A DNA stretch of 64,000 bases from an uncultured Gemmatimonadales bacterium (GTDB lineage: Bacteria; Gemmatimonadota; Gemmatimonadetes; Gemmatimonadales; GWC2-71-9): the NCBI GenBank assembly GCA_963730185.1, contig CAVSQW010000014.1, forward strand, positions 96,001-160,000. The letters are read 5' to 3'. Under the pieces are notes generated by a model, which had not been told where the DNA came from, ran no database searches, and saw only the letters and a list, made by a program, of their open reading frames with translations. The position numbers and the translations under genes were made by a program. This document shows, in pieces, positions 54,589 to 64,000 of the stretch (positions are counted from its first letter, which is position 1; every line of letters begins with the position of its first letter).

Positions 54589-56604
54589 ATGCTTCCGGCC
54601 CTGTTCCTCATCCTGTTGGGCGCCGCCCAGGCCCCGGCCCGCGACTCCACCGAGTTCATCGTCTGGAATCACGGCCGCCGCGCCGGCGAGATGCAGGTCG
54701 TCACCAAGGGCGACTCGGCGGCGGTCCACTACTTTCATGTCGACCGGCAGCGCGGCCCGAAGATCGAGGCGTCCTACCGCTTGAGCGACGGTCGCCCGGT
54801 CTGGGGCCAGGTCGGCGTCGGCGCCGCGCAGGCGGCGGCCGCGGACATCTCGGGAAAGCCGGTCGAGCTCTCGACCGAGCACTTCGACATCCGCGGCGAC
54901 GTGGTGCGCCACTGGGCCGACCGCGACACCACGTCGGTGACCGCGCCGGCGGGCGCGTTCTACCTCCCGACCGCGACCACGCCGTTCGACGACGCGATCC
55001 TGGCCAACTACCTCCTCCACCGGCCTCAGCATTCGGCGCCGATCGTGCCGGCGGCAACGGCGCGGGTGGAGATCGTGGCGGACACCACCGTGGCCGCCGC
55101 CGGCCGCAAGGTGCACCTGCGCCTGACGGCGATCGACGGCATCGGCCTCGGGCCGACCCTGGTCTGGCTCGACGACGGCGGGGCGCTCTTCGCGTCCGCC
55201 GCCGGCTGGTTCACCGCGATCCGGCGGGGCGCCGAGGGCGTGCTGCCCGCCCTCCGGCCGCACGAGCTCAGGTACCTGGAGCGGCGCGACGCCGCGCTGG
55301 CGGCCCGGCTCGCCCCGAAGACCACCGGCGCGCTGGTCATCCGGAACGGAGACCTGTTCGACAGCGAGAACGGCTTCGTGAGGCCCCACACCACGGTGGT
55401 GATCTCGGCCGACCGGATCACCGCGGTCGGTCCCGCCGACTCGATCCGGGAGCCGGCCGGGGCAACGATCATCGACGCGACCGGGAAGACGATCATCCCG
55501 GGGCTCTGGGACATGCACACCCATGCCTTCCAGGGAAGCTCGGACGGGCTGCTCCAACTGGCGGCCGGCATCACGACCATCCGCGACCTGGCCTCCGATC
55601 TCGACGTCGCGACGTCGCTGCGCGACCGGGCCGACCGGGGCACCGTCCTGAGCCCGCGACTGGTGCTGGCGGGCTTCATCGAAGGTCCTGGGAAATGGGC
55701 CGGCCCCACGGCCGTCCTGGTGCGCACCGAGGATGAGGCCCGGGTTTGGATCGCGCGCTACGACTCACTCGGCTACAAGCAGATCAAGCTGTACAACCTG
55801 GTGCACCCGGACCTGCTCCCGGCCATTGCTGCGGAAGCCCACGCGCGGGGCATGCGACTGAGCGGGCACATTCCCCGCGGATTGACGGTCCCGGATGCCG
55901 TCCGCCTCGGATACGACGAGGTCCAGCACTCGGCGTTCCTCTTCTCGACCTTCTTCCAGGACTCGCTCTACGTGCCCCGGATGCGGGCCTACTCGGAAGT
56001 TGCGAGCACCGTGGCACCCACCTTCAACGTGGACGCTCCCGAGGTGACCGCGCTGATCTCCTTCCTCCACGACCGCGGCACGGTGATCGACGGCACGTTT
56101 AACATCTGGCAGGATCGGATCCGGCCGCTGCCGGACGGGACCGATCCCGTCTTCGGCCCGACCCTCTCCTGGCTGCCCCCGCTGATGCAGCGGGGCCTGC
56201 GCGCCGACGGCGGCGGCCCATCCGAGACCGTGGCGCGGGCACAGTCCGCCTCGGCGGCGTACCGCCGGATGCTGAAGCGGCTGTTCGATGCCGGCGTGAC
56301 GCTGGTCCCCGGGACCGACAACGTCGCCGGCTTGTCGTACCATGGCGAGCTGGAGATCTACCAGCGCGCCGGGATCCCCGCCCCCAACGTGCTGCAGATC
56401 GCGACGATCACCCCGGCGCGGGTGATGAAGATGGACCAGGACTACGGCAGCATCGCCGTGGGAAAGGTCGCGGACCTCGCCATCGTGGCCGGCCACCCCG
56501 CGGAGCGGATCGCGGACCTGCGGAACACCGAAACCGTGGTGCGCGCGGGGCGGGTGTACCAAAGCAGGGCGCTGTACCAGGCGTTGGGCATTACCCCGCG
56601 CTGA
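54589..56604 (+). CDS. Exported amidohydrolase with N-terminal beta-rich domain
   Basis: Signal peptide MLPALFLILLG, IPGLWDMHTH, GITTIRD, IKLY, GTD and GSIAVGKVADL. Confidence 0.87.
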   Translation: MLPALFLILLGAAQAPARDSTEFIVWNHGRRAGEMQVVTKGDSAAVHYFHVDRQRGPKIEASYRLSDGRPVWGQVGVGAAQAAAADISGKPVELSTEHFDIRGDVVRHWADRDTTSVTAPAGAFYLPTATTPFDDAILANYLLHRPQHSAPIVPAATARVEIVADTTVAAAGRKVHLRLTAIDGIGLGPTLVWLDDGGALFASAAGWFTAIRRGAEGVLPALRPHELRYLERRDAALAARLAPKTTGALVIRNGDLFDSENGFVRPHTTVVISADRITAVGPADSIREPAGATIIDATGKTIIPGLWDMHTHAFQGSSDGLLQLAAGITTIRDLASDLDVATSLRDRADRGTVLSPRLVLAGFIEGPGKWAGPTAVLVRTEDEARVWIARYDSLGYKQIKLYNLVHPDLLPAIAAEAHARGMRLSGHIPRGLTVPDAVRLGYDEVQHSAFLFSTFFQDSLYVPRMRAYSEVASTVAPTFNVDAPEVTALISFLHDRGTVIDGTFNIWQDRIRPLPDGTDPVFGPTLSWLPPLMQRGLRADGGGPSETVARAQSASAAYRRMLKRLFDAGVTLVPGTDNVAGLSYHGELEIYQRAGIPAPNVLQIATITPARVMKMDQDYGSIAVGKVADLAIVAGHPAERIADLRNTETVVRAGRVYQSRALYQALGITPR

Positions 56605-56640
56605 GCGGGCCGGAACTGGGTCGATTCCGCTCCGCCACGC

Positions 56641-58077
56641 CTAACGCGCTGGAACCGCGAACACGAACACCGTCGGCGACCCTTCCCGCCCGAAGTTGTA
56701 CGACCCGCCCCCGGACACCGCGGCCGCGTACTGGCGGCCACCCACCGCGTAGGTCACGACCCCGCCGAGCAGTCCCGCCCCGGTATTGAACCGGTAGAGC
56801 TCCCGGCCGTCGGCCGCGTCGAAGGCCAGGAAATCGCCCGTCATCTCGCCCGCGAAAAGCACCCCGCCGGCCGTGGCGGTCACCGCGGCCACCATCGGCC
56901 TGGGCGAGCGGTACCGCCATCGAACCGCGCCGGTCGCCACGTCGATGGCCGTAAGCCAGCCGTGCCCGCTCTCGGCCGGGTCGAACATGTACTCCCCGCC
57001 CATGTAGCCCTCGCCCGGGACGAACCGGACGGTGTCGGCCAGCTTGAAGCTCACGCACCAGTCCACGGATGGGACGTAGAGCGTCCGGGTGGCCGGGAGC
57101 CAGGCCGGCCCGTTCCACTCCACTCCGCCGAGCAGGCCGGGACAGACGCGGGTCCACTCGCGGCCGAGCGGCGTGTCCACGTTCTCTCGGGTGGTCACCG
57201 GTGTCTGGAAGAGACGCTCGTGAGTGTCGCGATCCAGCACCGTGACCAGCCCGTCCTTGGCGGCGGCGGTGATGAGGTTGCGCTCGCGTCCCTGGACCGT
57301 GGCCCGGAAGAGGGGCGCCACCTGAGTGAGGTCCCAGTCGTGCGCGTCGTTCGGGACCAGCTGGTCGTACCAGCGGAGCCGGCCGGTCCGGACGTCGAGG
57401 GCCACCAGCGCGTTGGTGTAGAGGTTGGCCCCCGGCCGGAGCTCGGCCGGGAGGTCGGGCGCCGGGTTGGTGACCGGGACGTAGAGCTCCCCCGTGGCGA
57501 CGTCGAGCGAGAGGGGGGTCCAGATGGCGCCGCCGCCGACGGGCACCGACGGATTGACCCAGGTCTCCGAGCCGGGCTCGCCCGGGCGCGGAATGGTGTT
57601 GAACCGCCAGACCGGGGTGCCGTCGTCGATTCGGAACGCGCCGATCCAGCCCTGGATGTTGAGCTCGCTCCCGGCCGGCGCGATGATCGCCAGGTCCTCG
57701 AACACCAGCGGCGGCATGGTGAGCAGCTCGCCCTGGGCCGGATGGGTGACCTGGCGAGCCCAGAGGAGGTGGCCGTCGGCGGCGTCGAGCGCGAGGAGGT
57801 AGCCGTCGGGGGTACCGCGCAGGATGCGGCCGTCCTTGATCACGGCTCCCCGATTCATTTGAATCCGGGCCTGGTCCTTGAGCGCCCAGGTGTAGCTCCA
57901 GCGGCGACGGCAGGTCGCCGCGTCGATCGCGGCCGTGATCAGGGGCGTGGTGACGTACATGACGCCGTGGTAGACGATGGGGAAGGGTACCGCTCCCAAC
58001 GGCGTCGGGCACCCGGCGGACGTTGAGGCCGGGCTGGCGGGGCCGGGTCGCTTGGCGGCCTCACGTGTGTCCCCCAT
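56641..58077 (-). CDS. PQQ-dependent dehydrogenase-like beta-propeller, probably 5'-truncated
   Basis: PIVYHGVMYV, NRG, ALDAADGHLLW, NLYTNALVALD, HDWD and CPGLLGGVEW. No signal peptide, and the usual first segment appears to be missing. Confidence 0.75.
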   Translation of the reverse strand: MGDTREAAKRPGPASPASTSAGCPTPLGAVPFPIVYHGVMYVTTPLITAAIDAATCRRRWSYTWALKDQARIQMNRGAVIKDGRILRGTPDGYLLALDAADGHLLWARQVTHPAQGELLTMPPLVFEDLAIIAPAGSELNIQGWIGAFRIDDGTPVWRFNTIPRPGEPGSETWVNPSVPVGGGAIWTPLSLDVATGELYVPVTNPAPDLPAELRPGANLYTNALVALDVRTGRLRWYDQLVPNDAHDWDLTQVAPLFRATVQGRERNLITAAAKDGLVTVLDRDTHERLFQTPVTTRENVDTPLGREWTRVCPGLLGGVEWNGPAWLPATRTLYVPSVDWCVSFKLADTVRFVPGEGYMGGEYMFDPAESGHGWLTAIDVATGAVRWRYRSPRPMVAAVTATAGGVLFAGEMTGDFLAFDAADGRELYRFNTGAGLLGGVVTYAVGGRQYAAAVSGGGSYNFGREGSPTVFVFAVPAR

Positions 58078-58260
58078 CTCGTGCCGCGGCGGCCGGGCGG
58101 ATCCACGCTCTCGGTCCGCAAGTGTGCGGGCGGCGAGTTGGTCGTTCCCGGGCCGCGGTAACCCGCACGGCGCCCGAAATCGCTATCTTGGGAGGGCGGG
58201 CTGCGCTGCGTTCCCTGGCTGGTCTGCAATCCCCTCGCGCCTCCAACCTCCGAGGATCCC

Positions 58261-58800
58261 ATGAAGCTCGCAGCGATCACCCTGGCCGTCGCTCTGGCCC
58301 TTGCCGCGTCGGCTGCCCTCGCACCGATCCGGGCCCAGCAGGCCGGAGCGGATGCGATCACCGGCCTCCGGGATCAGTGGAAGGTCGTGGCCGGCAACAT
58401 CACGGCGGCGGCCGAGGAGCTGACCGACGCGGAATACGCCTTCCGCCCGGTACCGAGCGTGCGGTCCTTCGGCGAGCTGATCGGCCACGTGGCCGGCACT
58501 CAGCACATGATCTGCGCGATCGTCCTCGGCGAGCAGGTGCCCGCCGAGGACGCGGTGGAGAAGGCGGTCCAGACGAAGGCGGGGCTGGTGGCCGCCCTCA
58601 AGGCATCGAATGAGCATTGCGCCAGGGCCTATGCCATTGCCGGCGACGCGATGAGCGACCCGGTCCAGCTCTTCGGCGCGCCCAACACGAAAGTCGGCGC
58701 CCTGGCGGCCAATGCCGTGCACGACGGCGAGCACTACGGCAACATCGTCACCTACATGCGGTTGCAGGGCAAAGTGCCGCCGTCGAGCAAAAGGCGCTAG
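58261..58800 (+). CDS. Exported DinB-family protein
   Basis: Signal peptide, FRPVPSVRSFGELIGHVA and HDGEHYGNIVTYMR. Confidence 0.85.
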   Translation: MKLAAITLAVALALAASAALAPIRAQQAGADAITGLRDQWKVVAGNITAAAEELTDAEYAFRPVPSVRSFGELIGHVAGTQHMICAIVLGEQVPAEDAVEKAVQTKAGLVAALKASNEHCARAYAIAGDAMSDPVQLFGAPNTKVGALAANAVHDGEHYGNIVTYMRLQGKVPPSSKRR

Positions 58801-58819
58801 CGCCCCCGGGGCGGCCCGA

Positions 58820-59176
58820 TCAGCGCTTGAGCTTTTTTCCGAGCTCGAGGCCGAGGGCCGCCGCCATCTCTTCAGGCGTGCCCTTGATGGTCCGCTTGCG
58901 GATCGTCTTGCGCCGGAGGGCGGCCGGGACGATGACCCGGCGCTTCCAGCGCTGCTCGAGGATCTTGGCGACACCTTCGAGCTTGCCGGAGAGGGTGGCC
59001 CGGCGGTGCTTCGGGCGCCGGTTGCTGATCAGTCCCTTCCCCCCCGTGGTCCACGTCCCGCAGGTCACCGCCCAGTGGCACCCGCTTTCCGGAGTGCAGT
59101 AGCAGACGTAGCTGCAGTCTCCCGGATACGTGATCGTGATCTCGCCGCACTTGGCCTTCTGGTCAGGCTTTGCCAT
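58820..59176 (-). CDS. 118-aa hypothetical protein with Cys-rich N-terminus and basic C-terminus
   Basis: MAKPDQKAKC...CSYVCYC...GCHWAVTC. RBS GGAGAGGG and GC3-biased codons. Confidence 0.65.
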   Translation of the reverse strand: MAKPDQKAKCGEITITYPGDCSYVCYCTPESGCHWAVTCGTWTTGGKGLISNRRPKHRRATLSGKLEGVAKILEQRWKRRVIVPAALRRKTIRKRTIKGTPEEMAAALGLELGKKLKR

Positions 59177-59452
59177 TCGTGGCCACCCTCTCCGTGGTAG
59201 GTAGGTCGGTGGTAGGTAGGGTACGGTTGCCCGGGGCCCGAGGTGCCGTGCGACACGCCGGCGTTCACAACATTGGAAACGGGCTCGGTCCGCACAAGAC
59301 CGCGGGTCGGACGGGACGGCGAAGCAGGACCGGCCGCCCGCGCCCGGGCGGGAGGTCGGATCCGCTGGGGACGAATCCGGCGCTATCTTCCGAGTGCCCG
59401 GCGCGGCTCCAAGAGATCGGGCCTCCCGCCTTCTTCCCACGGAGACCAACCC

Positions 59453-61516
59453 ATGTTGAATCTGCTCATCGGATGGTGGGTCGCGGGCGGAGCCGCGGCC
59501 CTTGGCGCGCTCCCCCTCCCATCGGCGGCTCCGGACTCGCTCCTCAGGGTGGCCGACTATCTCGGTTACGAGCGGGTGTCCGATCCGGCGATCTCGCCGG
59601 ATGGCCGGAGCATCGTGTACACCAGGGCGTGGGTCGACCAGATCAACGACCGCTGGGAGAGCGCCCTCTGGATCGTGAACGCCGACGGCACCCGGAACCG
59701 TTTCCTGGTCGAGGGGTCGAGCCCGGTCTGGTCGCCGGACGGGACCAGACTCGCCTACGTCGCGATGGCCGACGAGCCCAAGGGGCCCCAGATCTTCGTC
59801 CGGTACATGGACGCCGAGGGGGCGACCAGCCAGGTCACCCGGCTCACCAGCCCGCCCCGGAGCATTCGCTGGTCGCCGGACGGGAAGTGGATCGGCTTCG
59901 CCGGCTTCGTGCCGAAGCCGACCGAGTGGTCGATTCCCATGCCCCCGCCTCCGCCGAACGCCCACTGGACCGCGCCGCCGCGGATCGTCGACCGGCTCCA
60001 CTACCGGGTGGACCGGACCGGCTTCACCGAGCCCGGCGACCTCCACCTCTTTCTGGTCCCGTCGGACGGCGGCACGCCGCGTCAGATCACCTCGGGCGAC
60101 TGGAGCGTCGGGGTGTCGTACGACGGGATCCGCTTCTCGGTCAACTGGGATTGGATGCCGGATGGCAAGACGATCGTCTTCGATGGCCTGATGGAGGAAA
60201 ACGCCGATCTCGAACTCCAGGACGCCAACCTCTACGGTCTGGACCTGGCCAGCGGCCGGATCCGCCGCCTGACCCCGGATCGCGGGCTCTGGGCCAAGCC
60301 GGTGGTCTCGCCGGACGGGAAGCAGATCGCGTTCGTCGGGCATCCGTACTTCGCGGAGACGATGCACGGCGGCGATCTCTACCTGATGAACGCCGACGGC
60401 TCCGGAATCCGCGACCTGTCGAAGACGTTCGACCGTGACCCGGCGATGTTTGGGAACGGCACCCTGGTCTGGGCGCCGGACGGGAGCGGGCTCTACTTCA
60501 CGCCCGACGACCGCGGCGCTCACAACCTGGTGTTCGCTCCGGTGAGCGGCGCCGGCGTGCGGGCGGTCACGACCGGCCCGCAAATGCTCGATCTGGCCTC
60601 GATCGCGAGGAGCGGCGTGATGGCCGGGGTGCGCTCGACCACGACCGCACCCGACGACGTGGTCCGGATCGACCTCGGTCCCAAGGGCCCGGTGGTCACC
60701 CAGCTGACCCACGTCAACGACGATCTCCTGGCCGGCAAAAAGCTCGCCTCGGTCGAGGAGATCTGGTATCCGTCGACCGGTGGGACCAGGGTGCAGGGCT
60801 GGATCGTGAAGCCGCCCGATTTCACGCCGGGCAAGAGATATCCGATGCTGCTCGAGATCCACGGCGGCCCGCAGGGGATGTACGGCGTCGGGTTCGACCC
60901 GATGTGGCAGGTGTTCGCGAGCAACGGCTACGTGGTGCTCTACACCAACCCGCGGGGGTCGACCGGGTACGGCAACGCGTTCATGACGGCGATCGAGAAG
61001 AACTACCCGGGGCCGGACTACGACGATCTGATGGCCGGGGTCGACACCGTGGTGGGCCGAGGGTACGTGGATCCCAAGCGGCTCTACGTGGCGGGGTGCA
61101 GCGGGGGCGGGAAGCTCTCGAGCTGGGTGATCGGCCATACCACTCGGTTCGCGGGAGCGGCCGTTCGGTGTCCGATCACCGACTGGATCAGCTTCGCGGG
61201 CGTGTCGGATGTGCCGCTCTTCGCCCACAGCTTCTTCGCCAAGCCCTTTTGGGAGGATCCGGCGCCGTGGCTGGCCAAATCGTCGCTCATGCACGCCGGG
61301 AACGTCACCACCCCGACGATCTTCATGACCGGGGTGCTCGACATGCGGACCCCGCTGCCCCAGAGCGAGGAGCTCTACGCGGCGCTCAAGATGCGAGGGG
61401 TGCCGACCCGGCTGCTCCGGTTCGAGAACGAGTGGCACGGGACCGAGTCGACGCCGTCGAACTGGATGCGGACCATGCTCTACATGATGAGCTGGTTCTC
61501 GACGTACGGGGGCTAG
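59453..61516 (+). CDS. S9C acylaminoacyl/dipeptidyl peptidase
   Basis: Signal peptide, PD40 propeller, HGGP, NPRGSTGYG, and the triad GCSGGG / DMRTP / EWHG. Confidence 0.92.
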   Translation: MLNLLIGWWVAGGAAALGALPLPSAAPDSLLRVADYLGYERVSDPAISPDGRSIVYTRAWVDQINDRWESALWIVNADGTRNRFLVEGSSPVWSPDGTRLAYVAMADEPKGPQIFVRYMDAEGATSQVTRLTSPPRSIRWSPDGKWIGFAGFVPKPTEWSIPMPPPPPNAHWTAPPRIVDRLHYRVDRTGFTEPGDLHLFLVPSDGGTPRQITSGDWSVGVSYDGIRFSVNWDWMPDGKTIVFDGLMEENADLELQDANLYGLDLASGRIRRLTPDRGLWAKPVVSPDGKQIAFVGHPYFAETMHGGDLYLMNADGSGIRDLSKTFDRDPAMFGNGTLVWAPDGSGLYFTPDDRGAHNLVFAPVSGAGVRAVTTGPQMLDLASIARSGVMAGVRSTTTAPDDVVRIDLGPKGPVVTQLTHVNDDLLAGKKLASVEEIWYPSTGGTRVQGWIVKPPDFTPGKRYPMLLEIHGGPQGMYGVGFDPMWQVFASNGYVVLYTNPRGSTGYGNAFMTAIEKNYPGPDYDDLMAGVDTVVGRGYVDPKRLYVAGCSGGGKLSSWVIGHTTRFAGAAVRCPITDWISFAGVSDVPLFAHSFFAKPFWEDPAPWLAKSSLMHAGNVTTPTIFMTGVLDMRTPLPQSEELYAALKMRGVPTRLLRFENEWHGTESTPSNWMRTMLYMMSWFSTYGG

Positions 61517-61629
61517 CCGCTCGGCCGTCCGGACCTGCTCGTAGCGCAGGGCTTCGATCTCCGGTCGAACTTTCAACGCGGCGTCACGCGGCTCCCGCTC
61601 GAGTGGCGCCGGGTCAGGGCGGCGAGTCG

Positions 61630-62388
61630 ATGAGTGCTGCCGTTCAGGTCCGGCTCGGCGGTCGGGGTGAGGCGATGCTGGTGCTGATTCACGGACTGGG
61701 AGCCGTCGGCCGCGTTTGGGACGGGCTGCAGGCGGAGCTGGCCCGACGGTGGCCGGGGCGATGGGTGACCCCGGATCTGCCCGGTCACGGGCGCTCGGCG
61801 CCGCTCGACCGCTACACCTTCGGCGGGATGGCCGCCGCGGTCGCCTCGGCCGTCCCCGACTCCGACCGGGTCGTCGTGCTCGGCCACTCGCTCGGCGGGG
61901 TCGTCGCGCTCGAGCTGGCGAGTGGACGCCACGGCCTTCGCCCGCGGGCCGTCGCCGGACTGGGCATCAAGGTCGCCTGGACCGAGGAGGAGCTGGCCCG
62001 GGCCGGAGCGCTCGCGGCCCGGGCCAACCCGGTCTATCCGACCCGGCAGGCAGCGGCCGAGCGCTACCTGAAGGTGGCGGGGTTGGTCGGGCTGGTCGGT
62101 CCGGAGGATGTCGCCGACGAGGCAGTCACTCGACTGGGCGAGGGCTGGGCTCCGGCGTTCGACCCGAAGGTCTTCGCGGTCGGAGCGCCCGACCTGCCCG
62201 CGCTGCTCTCCGCGGCGGCCTGTCCCGTGATCCTGGGCGCCGGCGAGCACGACCCGATGTGCCGGGTGGAGCAGATCGCCGAGCTGGTTCCCGACCCGGT
62301 GACCCTTCCCGGGCTGGGGCACAACGCGCACGTCGAGAGCCCGCTTGCCCTCTGGCCGCTCATCGACCGGCTCCGCGCGGCGGCCTGA
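61630..62388 (+). CDS. Alpha/beta hydrolase
   Basis: IHGLG, DLPGHG, GHSLGG, GEHDP and GHNAHVE. Confidence 0.88.
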   Translation: MSAAVQVRLGGRGEAMLVLIHGLGAVGRVWDGLQAELARRWPGRWVTPDLPGHGRSAPLDRYTFGGMAAAVASAVPDSDRVVVLGHSLGGVVALELASGRHGLRPRAVAGLGIKVAWTEEELARAGALAARANPVYPTRQAAAERYLKVAGLVGLVGPEDVADEAVTRLGEGWAPAFDPKVFAVGAPDLPALLSAAACPVILGAGEHDPMCRVEQIAELVPDPVTLPGLGHNAHVESPLALWPLIDRLRAAA

Positions 62389-62493
62389 TGACCGGCCCCT
62401 CTAGGGTCATCGCCCGGCTGGCCTCCACGGCTGTGGGTGCCAACCGAGCCAGAAACGCCCTGTAGCGCGGCGGAGGATGCGCGAGCGCACGGA

Positions 62494-62552
62494 GTCCGAC
62501 CGCCGATGCCCGCATCCAGCTCATGTCCGACCGCGGACACCCGCATCCAGCT
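62494..62552. repeat. Imperfect 28-bp direct repeat duplicating the 3' end of the Imm5-like gene
   Basis: gtccgaccgccgatgcccgcatccagct vs gtccgaccgcggacacccgcatccagct (25/28). Confidence 0.7.
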
Positions 62553-63060
62553 GATGGAGGATCGCGTCGAGCCGACTCGTACCCGCTCGACGCGCGGGCA
62601 TCTGCCGCAAGACGTCGCCCACCTCGGAGGTGGCGTGCTCGATCGCCCAGCGAACCTCGCCGTCACCGATGGATGGATCGCCGCCACGGTCGAGCTCGAG
62701 GGCCAGTGCGGTGTTGGCTGCCGGGGCAAGAATGTGCGTTGCCTGATGGACGGTCGCCAACGGATGGGTGTAGGCGATCGCCGCGGCGAGGCTCGCGGCG
62801 CGAGCGGCGGCCGCCGCTGCGGGATCCCCGATCTCTCGGGCGGCGGCATACGCCTCCCACCCGAGGGAGCGCAAATGAGCCGTGCGCTTTCCCCCGGCGG
62901 CAAACTCCCGGATGCCTTCGATTGCCGCCCGGGGCCGGGAGTCCGACTCGGCATGTCTCTCATACAACGACAGCGCCCGCTCGGCGCAATCCGCGGCCCA
63001 GCTCCCGAGGACCCTGAGCGAGTCCAGGCTCAGCGTGATCGAATTGGACCGACGGCCCAT
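62521..63060 (-). CDS. Imm5-like putative immunity protein
   Basis: WAADCAERAL...DSRPRAAI...AARE...AAAARAA helical pattern. Confidence 0.65.
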   Translation of the reverse strand: MGRRSNSITLSLDSLRVLGSWAADCAERALSLYERHAESDSRPRAAIEGIREFAAGGKRTAHLRSLGWEAYAAAREIGDPAAAAAARAASLAAAIAYTHPLATVHQATHILAPAANTALALELDRGGDPSIGDGEVRWAIEHATSEVGDVLRQMPARRAGTSRLDAILHQLDAGVRGRT

Positions 63061-63108
63061 CCGTCCCTCCCCCATCGGCTCGGGGCCACGACCGTCTTCA
63101 TGCTCAGG

Positions 63109-63762
63109 TCAGGTGGTGCGGGGGCGAGCCACGAGCACCTCGGACGTGATCGCCCACTGGGTTGTCGTATGCCGATACAGGACGTCCCAAACCGCTTGAT
63201 CAAGATAAGAGCCGAGTCCGATGGGACGGCACCCTCCCACGAGTGCCGGGCGAAGGCGAAAGGCGCGCTCCCACAGACCACTGACGAGGCGTGCGAGGCC
63301 CGGTGCCCCGTGCGTCAGGCTGACGAGGCAGAGACGCGCCTCCGGCGCGGCGACCCGTCGAGCCTCGTCGAAAAAGGTCCTGATGTCGGCGTCGGGGAGG
63401 AGGTCGAGCACGTACGTGCTGACGATCCGGTCCGCGCTCTGGTCGGCGACGGGAAGAAGGACGTTCCCGACCCCGGTCTGGCGTACCTGGGCGCGCGAGC
63501 CGAAGGGCGCCAGGCGGCTCCGCGCCAGGCCAGCCATCGTGGTGCTGACGTCGAGCCCGAGATAAGTCGCGGCCGCGGCCTGGGTCAGGATGCGTCGGGC
63601 AAACCGGCCGGTACCGCAGCCGAATTCGAGGACCTCTCCGGCGTCGGCGAAGCCGGCATGGGCACACAGCTCGTCGAGGGCCGAGTCTTCGTAGAAGCCC
63701 TGTTTGTCCTGGCGCGTGCCGAAATGGTCGTAGAAGTCCTTGACAGCCGATGCGCTGAGCAT
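63109..63762 (-). CDS. Class I SAM-dependent methyltransferase
   Basis: VLEFGCGTG, GLDVSTTM and DRIVSTYVLDLL. Confidence 0.88.
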   Translation of the reverse strand: MLSASAVKDFYDHFGTRQDKQGFYEDSALDELCAHAGFADAGEVLEFGCGTGRFARRILTQAAAATYLGLDVSTTMAGLARSRLAPFGSRAQVRQTGVGNVLLPVADQSADRIVSTYVLDLLPDADIRTFFDEARRVAAPEARLCLVSLTHGAPGLARLVSGLWERAFRLRPALVGGCRPIGLGSYLDQAVWDVLYRHTTTQWAITSEVLVARPRTT

Positions 63763-64000
63763 AAGAGATCTGGCCCGGTGTCGGGCGGCTGCGGGGCTCC
63801 AACGCCGGAGAGCGGGACCGCTCCGCCGCCTTGTGGCATGCTCGTTCCTCCGGTCTCTGCCACGCCGGGTCCGCACAACGGTTCGTGCGTCGGCGGCGGG
63901 CGTCCGGCGCTGAGCGCCGCGTTGGCCGCACCAACAAACAATATCAGGGCGCGGCTGCGACCCCACAAACCTGAGCTCCGCGTGCCCGTCCGTCGGCAGG

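Noticed and set aside
57300..57360. Lanthanide-dependent dehydrogenase inferred from the HDWD (DxD) motif
   Set aside because: DxD also occurs in other PQQ families. The protein lacks the vicinal Cys pair and appears truncated.

Overview
GC-rich bacterial chromosomal window. Gene content and protein styles suggest Gemmatimonadota (inference, not a database result). 1-13.8 kb is a type IV pilus locus: a partial GT-C glycosyltransferase, two tandem TMTC-like (GT-C + TPR) transferases divergent from two tandem pilins (sigma-54 boxes on both strands between them), a degenerate sigma-54 activator, three minor pilins and pilMNOPQ. 13.9-28.7 kb is mostly housekeeping: aroC-aroK-trmFO-xerC-hslV-[GT-C insert]-hslU, an OmpA lipoprotein, YbaN, an amidohydrolase, a crotonase, gcvT, moaB/mog and a sigma-54 activator. 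28.7-36.4 kb is the most unusual part, a c-di-GMP/STAND signalling block. It holds a diguanylate cyclase fused to an [FeFe]-hydrogenase-like domain that has lost its H-cluster cysteines, a conserved hypothetical, an unannotated 27-aa hydrophobic peptide ORF enclosed by a perfect 16-bp inverted repeat, a multi-TM HD-GYP phosphodiesterase and a convergent BTAD-STAND ATPase. A lower-GC tract covers the peptide, the HD-GYP gene and only the C-terminal third of the STAND gene. 36.7-64 kb is an accessory region of mostly exported hydrolases and oxidoreductases with several gene remnants. I saw no rRNA, tRNA, CRISPR array or intact mobile element. All calls come from motif reading by eye; no searches were run.
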